From a virus (Duplodnaviria > Heunggongvirae > Uroviricota > Caudoviricetes), in IMG/VR virus record IMGVR_UViG_2681813274_000009: 5,767 bases of DNA, one strand, 5' to 3'. A model generated the notes under the pieces. It searched no databases. It saw only the letters and a program-made list of their open reading frames with translations, and was not told where the DNA came from. The translations under genes and the position numbers were made by a program. Shown here piece by piece: positions 1-5,767 of this stretch. Positions within the stretch are counted from its first letter, which is position 1; each line of letters begins with the position of its first letter.

Positions 1-192
1 GAATAACCCGTAGCCAGAGTTGTATACATCCCCACTGGCAACCAGCTCTCTGGCGAGAACGCTTATTAAATATCTTGTCGCCCCGGTTTTAGCTTCCAGT
101 TGTCGTAACGTCTCGCGCCCACTCTGGCGTACGAGTTCAACAACCTGCCCCTTAATTTTTTCCCGCTCTTCCTGTGTAAATACTTTTGCCAT
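1..192 (-). CDS. Hypothetical prophage protein, N-terminal 64 codons only (runs off the window start); possible HTH-like segment
   Basis: Reverse-strand ATG at 190-192 with a G-rich SD-like stretch (GGGGG) about 6 nt upstream. The frame is open for 64 codons to the window edge (MAKVFTQEEREKIKGQVVELVRQSGRETLRQLEAKTGATRYLISVLARELVASGDVYNSGYGLF). It starts 15 nt after the stop of the 208-933 gene on the same strand. Absent from the ORF track, apparently because it has no in-window stop. Confidence 0.45.
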   Translation of the reverse strand, partial: MAKVFTQEEREKIKGQVVELVRQSGRETLRQLEAKTGATRYLISVLARELVASGDVYNSGYGLF

Positions 193-207
193 AAGCGCCC
201 CCGGCAA

Positions 208-933
208 TCACTTTTCCGACACAATACGACCGGAGGAATCGACAATCTGTCGAACAATATCCCGGTGCTTGTTCAGCTCCCGCAACGCGGCGCAGACACG
301 CTCCCACTTCTGGACATGACTTTTCGCCCGACGCAGTTCGCGGTTTGCCATATGCAGCGATGGTAAAACCAGGTCATCCGCTTGCGTTTCGGTGAACGAT
401 GGCAACGACTGCACAATGTCCGCCACAGTTTCTGTTTTAATTTCTTCCTGTGTTGCAGCTTCCTGTACCGGTAACGCAACACCTGCTGGCTGAGGAAAGA
501 CTTTACCATCCGTTTCCGCTATGGATGCGGCTTTCGGCTCTGCCGGTAAATCAGCGCCCGGTATGCAGTACCGAAATTTACCGCCCTGATTCACGCGAAT
601 CAGACGCCCTTTGCTGATTGCCATGGCCAGCGATGAATTCGCCCGGCGGGAGGTAATCCCGAACATCAGTGCCAGCTCATCCGCCGTTTGTGGGCCATGT
701 TGTTCAATCGCCTCAGTCAGCATTTGCGCTGTCACTTTCGGTACCGGTGACACTGGTTCACTTTCACCAGCCTGAATCAGCCACCACATCGAACCCTTGT
801 TATCCGCTTCACCACGGCGCTTCAGTTTCCACAGTTCGTTGACCGCATCTTCACGGCTGATTCCAAGGCGGGACGCCACCACATGTGAAGAGGCTCTTTT
901 CAGTGCTTTCAGTGCGTCAAATACAGTTTCCAT
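208..933 (-). CDS. Hypothetical prophage protein (about 242 aa) with two winged-helix-like segments; function unknown
   Basis: Track ORF 208-951, which begins at a TTG. I prefer the ATG at 931-933 (METVFDALK...), which has a GGAGG SD 8 nt upstream. It sits directly downstream of the DnaC-like gene (stop 955-957) on the same strand. Two segments look like HTH/winged-helix ([39 protein letters not shown] and [32 protein letters not shown]). No family assignment I can support. Confidence 0.6.
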   Translation of the reverse strand: METVFDALKALKRASSHVVASRLGISREDAVNELWKLKRRGEADNKGSMWWLIQAGESEPVSPVPKVTAQMLTEAIEQHGPQTADELALMFGITSRRANSSLAMAISKGRLIRVNQGGKFRYCIPGADLPAEPKAASIAETDGKVFPQPAGVALPVQEAATQEEIKTETVADIVQSLPSFTETQADDLVLPSLHMANRELRRAKSHVQKWERVCAALRELNKHRDIVRQIVDSSGRIVSEK

Positions 934-954
934 TAAAACATCCTCCAACAAAAA

Positions 955-1319
955 TTACTTCACAACTCCCGGAAAGCTGACATTTGAACGCCAGCTATCC
1001 CAGTTAAACGTCACCCACCGACAACCGTTCATGGTCATGCGGTCCATAATCCTCTCACCAAGAAGCGTGCTCATTGCGGCATGATTCAGGTTTGTTAACA
1101 TCCCGACACTGCACAGTGATGCTGTCCGGCGATCAATTATCTGGTGCAATACCACCTGCTCGTTTTTCGTCTCCCGCTGAATGCCTATTTCATCCAGGAC
1201 CAGCAAATCAACCCCGCAAAGCTCCTGTAAAAATTTTTCACCGGATTTGCCGTTGTCGTAGCTGTCATGCAACACGCTCATGACATCAGACTCGGTGACG
1301 ATAATCACGCTGCGCCCCT
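955..1319 (-). CDS. DnaC-family helicase loader (phage-encoded DnaC paralogue, Rac YdaV-like); C-terminal about 121 aa visible, 5' end hidden in the N-run
   Basis: The translation GRSVIIVTESDVMSVLHDSYDNGKSGEKFLQELCGVDLLVLDEIGIQRETKNEQVVLHQIIDRRTASLCSVGMLTNLNHAAMSTLLGERIMDRMTMNGCRWVTFNWDSWRSNVSF aligns by eye with the C-terminal half of E. coli DnaC as I recall it (Walker B LLV(I)DEIG, MLTN sensor, LLGERVMDRM, WVIFNWDSYRS). The Walker A region would lie in the masked 1320-1892 segment. Stop at 955-957. Confidence 0.85.
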
Positions 1320-1892
1320 NNNNNNNNNNNNNNNNNNNNNNNNNNNNNNNNNNNNNNNNNNNNNNNNNNNNNNNNNNNNNNNNNNNNNNNNNNNNNNNNN
1401 NNNNNNNNNNNNNNNNNNNNNNNNNNNNNNNNNNNNNNNNNNNNNNNNNNNNNNNNNNNNNNNNNNNNNNNNNNNNNNNNNNNNNNNNNNNNNNNNNNNN
1501 NNNNNNNNNNNNNNNNNNNNNNNNNNNNNNNNNNNNNNNNNNNNNNNNNNNNNNNNNNNNNNNNNNNNNNNNNNNNNNNNNNNNNNNNNNNNNNNCCNNN
1601 NNNNNNNNNNNNNNNNNNNNNNNNNNNNNNNNNNNNNNNNNNNNNNNNNNNNNNNNNNNNNNNNNNNNNNNNNNNNNNNNNNNNNNNNNNNNNNNNNNNN
1701 NNNNNNNNNNNNNNNNNNNNNNNNNNNNNNNNNNNNNNNNNNNNNNNNNNNNNNNNNNNNNNNNNNNNNNNNNNNNNNNNNNNNNNNNNNNNNNNNNNNN
1801 NNNNNNNNNNNNNNNNNNNNNNNNNNNNNNNNNNNNNNNNNNNNNNNNNNNNNNNNNNNNNNNNNNNNNNNNNNNNNNNNNNNNNNNNNNNN
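1320..1892. other. Masked or unknown sequence (573 nt N-run with 'cc' at 1596-1597)
   Basis: Seen directly in the sequence. It hides the 3' end of the O-like gene and the 5' end of the DnaC-like gene, and causes the six-frame track to fuse them into one 644-aa ORF. Confidence 0.95.
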
Positions 1893-2883
1893 CGCTTACC
1901 GGGAGCAACCAGGGGTTTTCAAAATTCCGGTCCGGCCCAAAAAACGTCGTCGCTCGCTGAACAAATTCCGTTCCCGCTTTCCCGGTCGCCGCCAGGTATC
2001 TCGCGTAACGCCTCACACCATCCAGCATGGTCTCTGGTGGCACCCCCTCGCGCAATCTGGCCTTCCAGGCACTGAATGCGGATTTCTTCGGGTTTGCCCC
2101 GGCACGCAACGGGTATTCCCGCCAGACCTGTTCGAACACATCCGGATAATCCACTCGTCCCACAGGCTGCCCGGTGTTTTCCGGGGCTACCCGATCGGCT
2201 TCCCGCTGAATGGCGGAATCGGCTTCAGGCTGCTGCAGTTGGAGTGATTGCTCCGGCCTTGCGGTCATCACCTGCTGCACAGCGCCCGAATCGGCTTTCA
2301 GCGCATACGCTGAATCGGCTTCCGGTGTCGAGCCTGCTGGCTGACCAGGATTGACGGTCTGAACATCCCCTGCCTGGTTCGTGGCGTTTTTTACGCCATG
2401 GACCATAGTGTTTTGATCTTCTTTATCTGTATCTTTATCTGTATCTGTCGTGACTCGTCGTGACATGTGCGTGACATTTCGTGACGCGCCGTGACAATCG
2501 CCATTTTGTTCCCGCTTTCTTTCCCTCTCTCGCTGCGCCCTCTTGCGCTCTGCAGGAGATTTTGCGGTTTGCGAAATATTGCCGTTGTCCTCTTTAAGCA
2601 CCTGGCGTTTTTCCCATCCAGTGATTAAATCACCATCAAGTACCCGCCCCTGCATCGTCTGCAAAATTGAATCAATTACCTCTTCTGTCACGTCGAGCGC
2701 ACTTGCCAAATCTTCTGTCGTGACATCAATGTGACCTCGCGTGACATTTCGTGACGCGCTCACCAGGAGGTGGATATACACTGCCATCACTGTTGCAATT
2801 GGCTGCCCTGACACCCTGGCAATTGTTCGCCACTTAGGGTCATTTGGCATGTCATGCCATAATCTGAGCCAGGCGTTAGCCAT
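1893..2883 (-). CDS. Phage replication initiator / replisome organiser (lambda O-like role); 3' end hidden in the N-run
   Basis: Open frame from ATG 2881-2883 (MANAWLRLWHDMPNDPKWRTIARVSG...; GAGGTGA SD just upstream; the track starts at GTG 2889) into the N-run. It lies immediately upstream of the DnaC-like loader and downstream of the CII-like gene, as O/P do in lambdoid phages. It contains internal iteron clusters and a basic linker (KRAQRERERKRE). The visible C-terminal region reads YPDVFEQVWREYPLRAGANPKKSAFSAWKARL...GTEFVQRATTFF. Confidence 0.65.
2421..2444. repeat. Perfect tandem duplication of a 12-bp AT-rich unit (ctttatctgtat x2), flanking iteron cluster B
   Basis: 2421-2432 and 2433-2444 are identical. 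The local stretch 2408-2446 is AT-rich and immediately adjacent to the phased CGTGAC repeats, the expected arrangement for an origin unwinding element. Confidence 0.6.
2448..2495. repeat. Iteron cluster B: five direct CGTGAC repeats with helical phasing (candidate phage ori)
   Basis: CGTGAC at 2449, 2459, 2470, 2480 and 2490 (spacings 10, 11, 10, 10 bp), inside the O-like coding sequence. Includes an exact 21-bp repeat (2469-2489) shared with cluster A. Confidence 0.65.
2685..2760. repeat. Iteron cluster A: four phased (C/T)GTGAC repeats plus one inverted copy
   Basis: CGTGAC at 2719, 2740 and 2750 and TGTGAC at 2730 (spacings 11, 10, 10 bp). An inverted copy GTCACG lies at 2687-2692. The exact 21-mer gcgtgacatttcgtgacgcgc at 2739-2759 recurs at 2469-2489. 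Confidence 0.6.
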
Positions 2884-2954
2884 ACTCACCTCTTCTGATA
2901 CCGAATCTTTTTACTCACGAGTTGCCGGGAGCGATTCGATATGGCTATTGTCAG

Positions 2955-3380
2955 TCAATGTACTGCCACAGCATTTCCTGCCGGGCCACCACGGTTCATC
3001 TGATTGAAACCGGCGATTGCCACTGCGACAAAATCATCAGCGTCTCTCACCAGTCGTTCATGCGTCTCCACCAGTTCCCGAAAATAAGCTGAACTGTGGC
3101 TGCGCATTCGAGCCACCAGCGGAGGTGGCATTGCCCTTTCGATCGCAGGTAACAACGCCTGAATTTTTTCAACAGCGTCAGGGGTGTCTTTATCCAGCCA
3201 ACGGAAAATCTTTTGGGTGTTGAGATAAAGCGTGTTGTGCTTGCTGTCGTTATGCAGAACCGGAAACGTCATTCCCAGTTCGAAATAAACCCTGGTTATT
3301 TCAGCTGCCGGAACTTTTTCACCGTCCGGATGCGCCCAGGCTTTCATCGCCATGCGGATGTGTTCATGCTTGATTTTCAT
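2955..3380 (-). CDS. ydaT: YdaT-family protein (CII-like regulator in Rac-type prophages), 141 aa
   Basis: ATG at 3378-3380 overlaps the stop of the upstream Cro-like gene (ATGA overlap). The N-terminus MKIKHEHI... and the position between the Cro-like gene and the replication genes match my recollection of Rac YdaT. Family call is from memory, not a search. Confidence 0.6.
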   Translation of the reverse strand: MKIKHEHIRMAMKAWAHPDGEKVPAAEITRVYFELGMTFPVLHNDSKHNTLYLNTQKIFRWLDKDTPDAVEKIQALLPAIERAMPPPLVARMRSHSSAYFRELVETHERLVRDADDFVAVAIAGFNQMNRGGPAGNAVAVH

Positions 3381-3640
3381 GAATCAACCCCCGCCGATGG
3401 TTGTGTGTTAGCCTGAAACTCAGCAGGCAAGCCGTCAGTTGGGTTGGGGTAGGTTTTACTGTCAATCTCATGTGGGGTCACCACCCATCCCGTTGCTTCA
3501 CACCAACGTAATATTTTTTCTCCTGTAAGTTTTGCACGCCCCGTTATAACGTGGCTGACCATCCCTTGGGATGCGCCAACAATCTCAGCAAATGAACTCT
3601 GGGTTATATGAAAATGATGCAAATATTCTCCAAGATTCAT
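3377..3640 (-). CDS. ydaS: Cro-like HTH regulator, YdaS family, 87 aa
   Basis: Preferred start is ATG 3638-3640 (MNLGEYLHHFHITQSSFAEIVGASQGMVSHVITGRAKLTGEKILRWCEATGWVVTPHEI...), with AGGGCGG upstream. The track ORF extends further 5' through the N-run to 3763, which I consider an artefact. It is divergent from the repressor gene. HTH motif (SQGMVSHVITG) and the TPHE motif typical of YdaS/Cro-like proteins. Confidence 0.7.
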   Translation of the reverse strand: MNLGEYLHHFHITQSSFAEIVGASQGMVSHVITGRAKLTGEKILRWCEATGWVVTPHEIDSKTYPNPTDGLPAEFQANTQPSAGVDS

Positions 3641-3762
3641 AATCCGCCCTATGTGATGTGTTACCAATGCATAATTAATAGCACTGTTATTTTTAAAAGT
3701 AAATAGTGATACTATTTCAAAGTGATTAGCAATCTTATTAGAATNNNNNNNNNAGAAAATCA
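3641..3762. promoter_or_regulatory. Divergent OR-like control region with operator palindromes and candidate promoters
   Basis: Perfect 15-bp palindrome aatagtGATactatt at 3702-3716 and related site aatagcACTgttatt at 3677-3691 (centres 25 bp apart). Candidate plus-strand promoter TTCAAA (3716-3721) - 17 bp - TAGAAT (3739-3744), placing the transcription start in the masked 3745-3753 run, close to the repressor start codon. The 120-bp AT-rich spacer lies between divergent repressor and Cro-like genes. Confidence 0.5.
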
Positions 3763-4248
3763 TTGTCAGACACCGACCTCAACGCCGCCAGAAGACTGAA
3801 AGAAATCTGGATGGCAAAGAAATCTCAGTTGGGATTGACTCAGGAACGTGCGGCGGAAATTATGGGGTTTTCAACACAAGGGGCGGTAAGTCACTACCTA
3901 AATGGTCAAACCCCACTAAACCTTGAGGCTGTTCTAAAGTTTGCTGGCTTACTGAAAGTTCCCCCTGAGTCAATCAGGCCAGACATGGTAGATTTGCTGC
4001 AAATTGCAAGGATGTATTGTCGAGAACCACAGCAAGATAACATAGTCGCATTACCAGCAGACACAGAACAAACAGAGGATGAACTACCGTTTGCCGTAGA
4101 GCCGATGGAACGAGATTTAATCCATACGTTCAGAGCTTTTCCGAAAGAAGATCAAGAACACATGCTTCAGGAGATGAAAGATAAAAAAGAATCAATGGAT
4201 CGTACGGTTGCGCGGTGGTTAGCTGCACAAAAAGGCCGTCGCGCCTAA
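3763..4248 (+). CDS. XRE-family HTH transcriptional repressor (prophage repressor / RacR- or PaaR-like), 161 aa, no visible S24 peptidase domain
   Basis: N-terminal HTH (LTQERAAEIMGFSTQGAVSHYLNGQTPLNLEAVLKFAGLLKV) and an acidic C-terminal region. The start is uncertain: TTG 3763 follows the N-run directly with a weak SD, and ATG 3811 is an alternative. Stop at 4246-4248. Located where cI sits in lambdoid phages. Confidence 0.75.
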   Translation: MSDTDLNAARRLKEIWMAKKSQLGLTQERAAEIMGFSTQGAVSHYLNGQTPLNLEAVLKFAGLLKVPPESIRPDMVDLLQIARMYCREPQQDNIVALPADTEQTEDELPFAVEPMERDLIHTFRAFPKEDQEHMLQEMKDKKESMDRTVARWLAAQKGRRA

Positions 4249-4267
4249 ATCAGAGGAGATATGTAAA

Positions 4268-4462
4268 ATGAGTACAGTCCTTTCCCCAATGGTTTCAGAA
4301 TTTGAGACAGTTGAGCAAGAAAATAGTTACAACGAATGGCTGCGGGCCAAAGTAGCAGCAAGCCTCGCGGATCCCCGCCCGGCGATTCCGCATGATGAGG
4401 TAATGGCGGAAATGGAACAAATTATTGCCCAAATTGCTGCTGCAACTCACAGAGGTGAATAA
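4268..4462 (+). CDS. paaA: Small antitoxin, PaaA2-like (partner of ParE-family toxin), 64 aa
   Basis: GGAG SD 9 nt upstream of ATG 4268. Stop TAA 4460-4462 overlaps the toxin ATG by 1 nt (TAATG). The sequence MSTVLSPMVSEFETVEQENSYNEWLRAKVAASLADPRPAIPHDEV matches my recollection of the intrinsically disordered PaaA2 antitoxin of E. coli O157 prophages. Recalled, not searched. Confidence 0.6.
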   Translation: MSTVLSPMVSEFETVEQENSYNEWLRAKVAASLADPRPAIPHDEVMAEMEQIIAQIAAATHRGE

Positions 4463-4777
4463 TGTTACCCGTTTTATGGCTACCATCTGCTCGTGATGAT
4501 TTGCGCCAGATCGTAGCCTACATAGCTAAAGAAAATCCCGCGGCAGCACGCAGAATGAAAATTCGAATTGAAACATCCGTTTTGCCGCTCACAGAGCATC
4601 CTTACCTGTNNNNNNNNNNNNNNNNNNNNNNNNNNNNNNNNNNNNNNNNNNNNNCTTGGTCTTCGTGAAATTGTAACTCATCCTAACTACATCATCCTTT
4701 ACCGAGTAACAGCATCAAGCATAGAAGTAGTAAATATTGTGCATTCTCGAAGACAGTATCCAGGCAAAAACAGTTAA
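4462..4777 (+). CDS. parE: ParE/RelE-family type II toxin (ParE2-like), interrupted by a 45-nt N-run with a frame mismatch across it
   Basis: N-terminal part 4462-4609 (MLPVLWLPSARDDLRQIVAYIAKENPAAARRMKIRIETSVLPLTEHPYL) and C-terminal part 4655-4774 (LGLREIVTHPNYIILYRVTASSIEVVNIVHSRRQYPGKNS) both show ParE/RelE hallmarks (DL..I..YIA..NP.AA; Y.I.YRV....IEVV.I.H.RR). The two parts are in different frames relative to the 45-N run. Stop at 4775-4777. Confidence 0.7.
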
Positions 4778-4792
4778 TTATTCCCGCCGACA

Positions 4793-4833
4793 GAACCACC
4801 NNNNNNNNNNNNNNNNNNNTAGGGTGGTTTTTT
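4793..4833 (+). terminator. Probable rho-independent terminator downstream of the toxin gene (stem partly masked)
   Basis: CCACC (4796-4800) and GGTGG (4823-4827) are complementary arms, followed by TTTTTT (4828-4833). The loop or extended stem lies in the N-run 4801-4819. Confidence 0.4.
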
Positions 4834-4851
4834 CTTGCCCCAACAAAAAAC

Positions 4852-4894
4852 AATAGCGATGCTATTTACATCAAAAAAAAATAATGATGCTATT
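4852..4894 (+). promoter_or_regulatory. OL-like operator pair with a candidate early-left promoter
   Basis: Perfect palindrome aatagcGATgctatt at 4852-4866 and related site aataatGATgctatt at 4880-4894, same consensus as the OR sites. Candidate promoter TTTACA (4865-4870) - 17 bp - TGCTAT (4888-4893) overlaps both sites. The -10 is weak (3/6). Confidence 0.45.
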
Positions 4895-5075
4895 GTTTCA
4901 GGCGTCAACCCACCCCGCCCCACAGAATGCAGGGCAATACTTCGAGTTACCAGACAGTGGTCAGGGGTTAAGTAGCCAGCCCGAGGCGTAAGAACATGAC
5001 GGCAGGGTTCAATCTTTAACTATGCAGCAGGTTTTTTGTTCCGCCACCCCGGCGTTAAGGGGAAATGAGGTCAGC

Positions 5076-5228
5076 ATGGATACTATCGATCTTGGCAACA
5101 ACGAATCTCTGGTGTGCGGCGTGTTCCCTAACCAGGATGGAACGTTTACCGCCATGACGTATACCAAAAGCAAAACGTTTAAAACCGAATCTGGCGCGCG
5201 TTGCTGGTTAGCCAGAAACACTGACTGA
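5076..5228 (+). CDS. Small hypothetical protein (50 aa), first gene of the putative early-left operon
   Basis: ATG 5076 has GAGG 5 nt upstream. The track's ATG 5022 has no SD. Protein MDTIDLGNNESLVCGVFPNQDGTFTAMTYTKSKTFKTESGARCWLARNTD. Its position resembles ydaG/ydaF of Rac, but I cannot confirm identity. Confidence 0.5.
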   Translation: MDTIDLGNNESLVCGVFPNQDGTFTAMTYTKSKTFKTESGARCWLARNTD

Positions 5229-5239
5229 TGAGGCTGACG

Positions 5240-5605
5240 ATGGAATTTAAAGATTTACCGTCTGATGTACAGAAAACAGCAGCTCATACATTGCATTCTG
5301 TGCTGCGAGAAATCGGGAAAGATATTGCAAGCGAGCCAGCAAAAGATCTGGCCCGGAAAATCAAGACCGCTTTCGTTGAGCTTTATAATGTTGGCACTGA
5401 CTCTGAAACTGTCGAGACCAAGACCGTAAGTTCACCAATATTCTCACTTGAGCCAAGCGTATTATCAGGTGAAATATGCACCGAGATTTCCAGCGAACTG
5501 CTTCCGGTAATACGAGAAGCAATTCGCCGTCGCGGTTTGGATGGAAGTTATGATCATGACGTTCTGCAAGTTCTCAGGACAATGGTGACTTCACTGGGGA
5601 TTTGA
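5240..5605 (+). CDS. Hypothetical protein (121 aa; 125 aa if started at ATG 5228)
   Basis: ATG 5240 has GAGG (5230-5233) 6 nt upstream. The alternative ATG 5228 overlaps the upstream stop (TGATG). Stop at 5603-5605. No recognisable motif; sequence MEFKDLPSDVQKTAAHTLHSVLREIGKDIASEPAKDLARKIKTAF... Confidence 0.55.
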   Translation: MEFKDLPSDVQKTAAHTLHSVLREIGKDIASEPAKDLARKIKTAFVELYNVGTDSETVETKTVSSPIFSLEPSVLSGEICTEISSELLPVIREAIRRRGLDGSYDHDVLQVLRTMVTSLGI

Positions 5606-5767
5606 TCCCTGCGTCCTCTAAGCTTTTGATATAGCGGTCCTCCAAGAAGCGGTAAATTTTGTCGAAATCATCTTTTCCCTCTGGTTTATTCAGAGGATTA
5701 CAGGACCCGTAAGTAGCGGCATACATTTCAACCGTTTGGTAATGACTCCAACTTATTGATAGTGTTT

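Noticed and set aside
20-319. Plus-strand 99-aa ORF and minus-strand ORFs 66-257 and 273-509
   Set aside because: They overlap, in other frames or antisense, the better-supported minus-strand genes 1-192 and 208-933. No SD, and the composition is Arg/Ser/Cys-rich as expected for out-of-frame translation.
797-1283. Plus-strand ORFs 797-1084 and 1074-1283
   Set aside because: Antisense to the 208-933 gene and the DnaC-like gene.
1267-2247. Plus-strand ORFs 1267-2247 and 1280-1960, largely composed of X residues
   Set aside because: They consist mostly of translated N-run and are antisense to the replication genes.
2448-2760. CRISPR array as an explanation for the short phased repeats
   Set aside because: The repeats are 6-bp cores at 10-11 bp spacing inside a coding sequence, with no 25-40 bp repeat-spacer structure. 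This fits replication-origin iterons, not CRISPR.
955-2889. Single 644-aa minus-strand ORF spanning the N-run
   Set aside because: A read-through of 573 masked bases. The flanking segments belong to two different protein families (O-like initiator and DnaC-like loader).
2076-3416. Plus-strand ORFs 2076-2354, 2543-2734, 2741-3007, 3017-3223 and 3213-3416
   Set aside because: All are antisense to the O-like, YdaT-like or YdaS-like genes, with no RBS and low-complexity products.
3641-3763. 5' extension of the Cro-like ORF to 3763 (MIFXXXXSNK...)
   Set aside because: It runs through the N-run and the AT-rich operator region. The internal ATG at 3638-3640 gives a typical Cro-sized protein.
4295-4486. 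Minus-strand 63-aa ORF
   Set aside because: Antisense within the antitoxin gene and the toxin start, with an implausible Cys/Phe/Asn-rich product.
5022-5075. Upstream ATG 5022 as the start of the small plus-strand gene
   Set aside because: No SD upstream, whereas ATG 5076 has GAGG at the right spacing. Kept only as an alternative.
5009-5221. Minus-strand 70-aa ORF
   Set aside because: Fully antisense to the 5076-5228 gene, which has a strong SD. No RBS of its own.

Overview
This window reads as the immunity/early-replication core of a lambdoid (Rac-like) enterobacterial prophage, based on sequence reading and recalled protein families only (no searches were run). On the minus strand, a Cro-like YdaS gene and a CII-like YdaT gene lead into a replication-initiator (O-like) gene that carries internal iteron clusters, then a DnaC-family helicase-loader gene, then two further genes of unknown function. 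On the plus strand, divergent from the Cro-like gene, an XRE-family HTH repressor gene is followed by a small antitoxin gene and a ParE/RelE-family toxin gene. I recognise this as resembling the three-component paaR-paaA-parE toxin-antitoxin modules of E. coli O157 prophages, so it is probably a described system rather than a new one. The module sits where lambda carries rexAB. A terminator and a second operator cluster (OL-like) follow, then two small genes of unknown function. Both operator clusters share a 15-bp palindrome, AATAGY-N3-RCTATT. Four N-runs (1320-1892, 3745-3753, 4610-4654, 4801-4819) mask parts of the region. The 573-nt run hides the junction between the O-like and DnaC-like genes, so the 644-aa ORF in the track is an artefactual fusion. 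The 45-nt run interrupts the toxin gene, and the frames on either side do not match.
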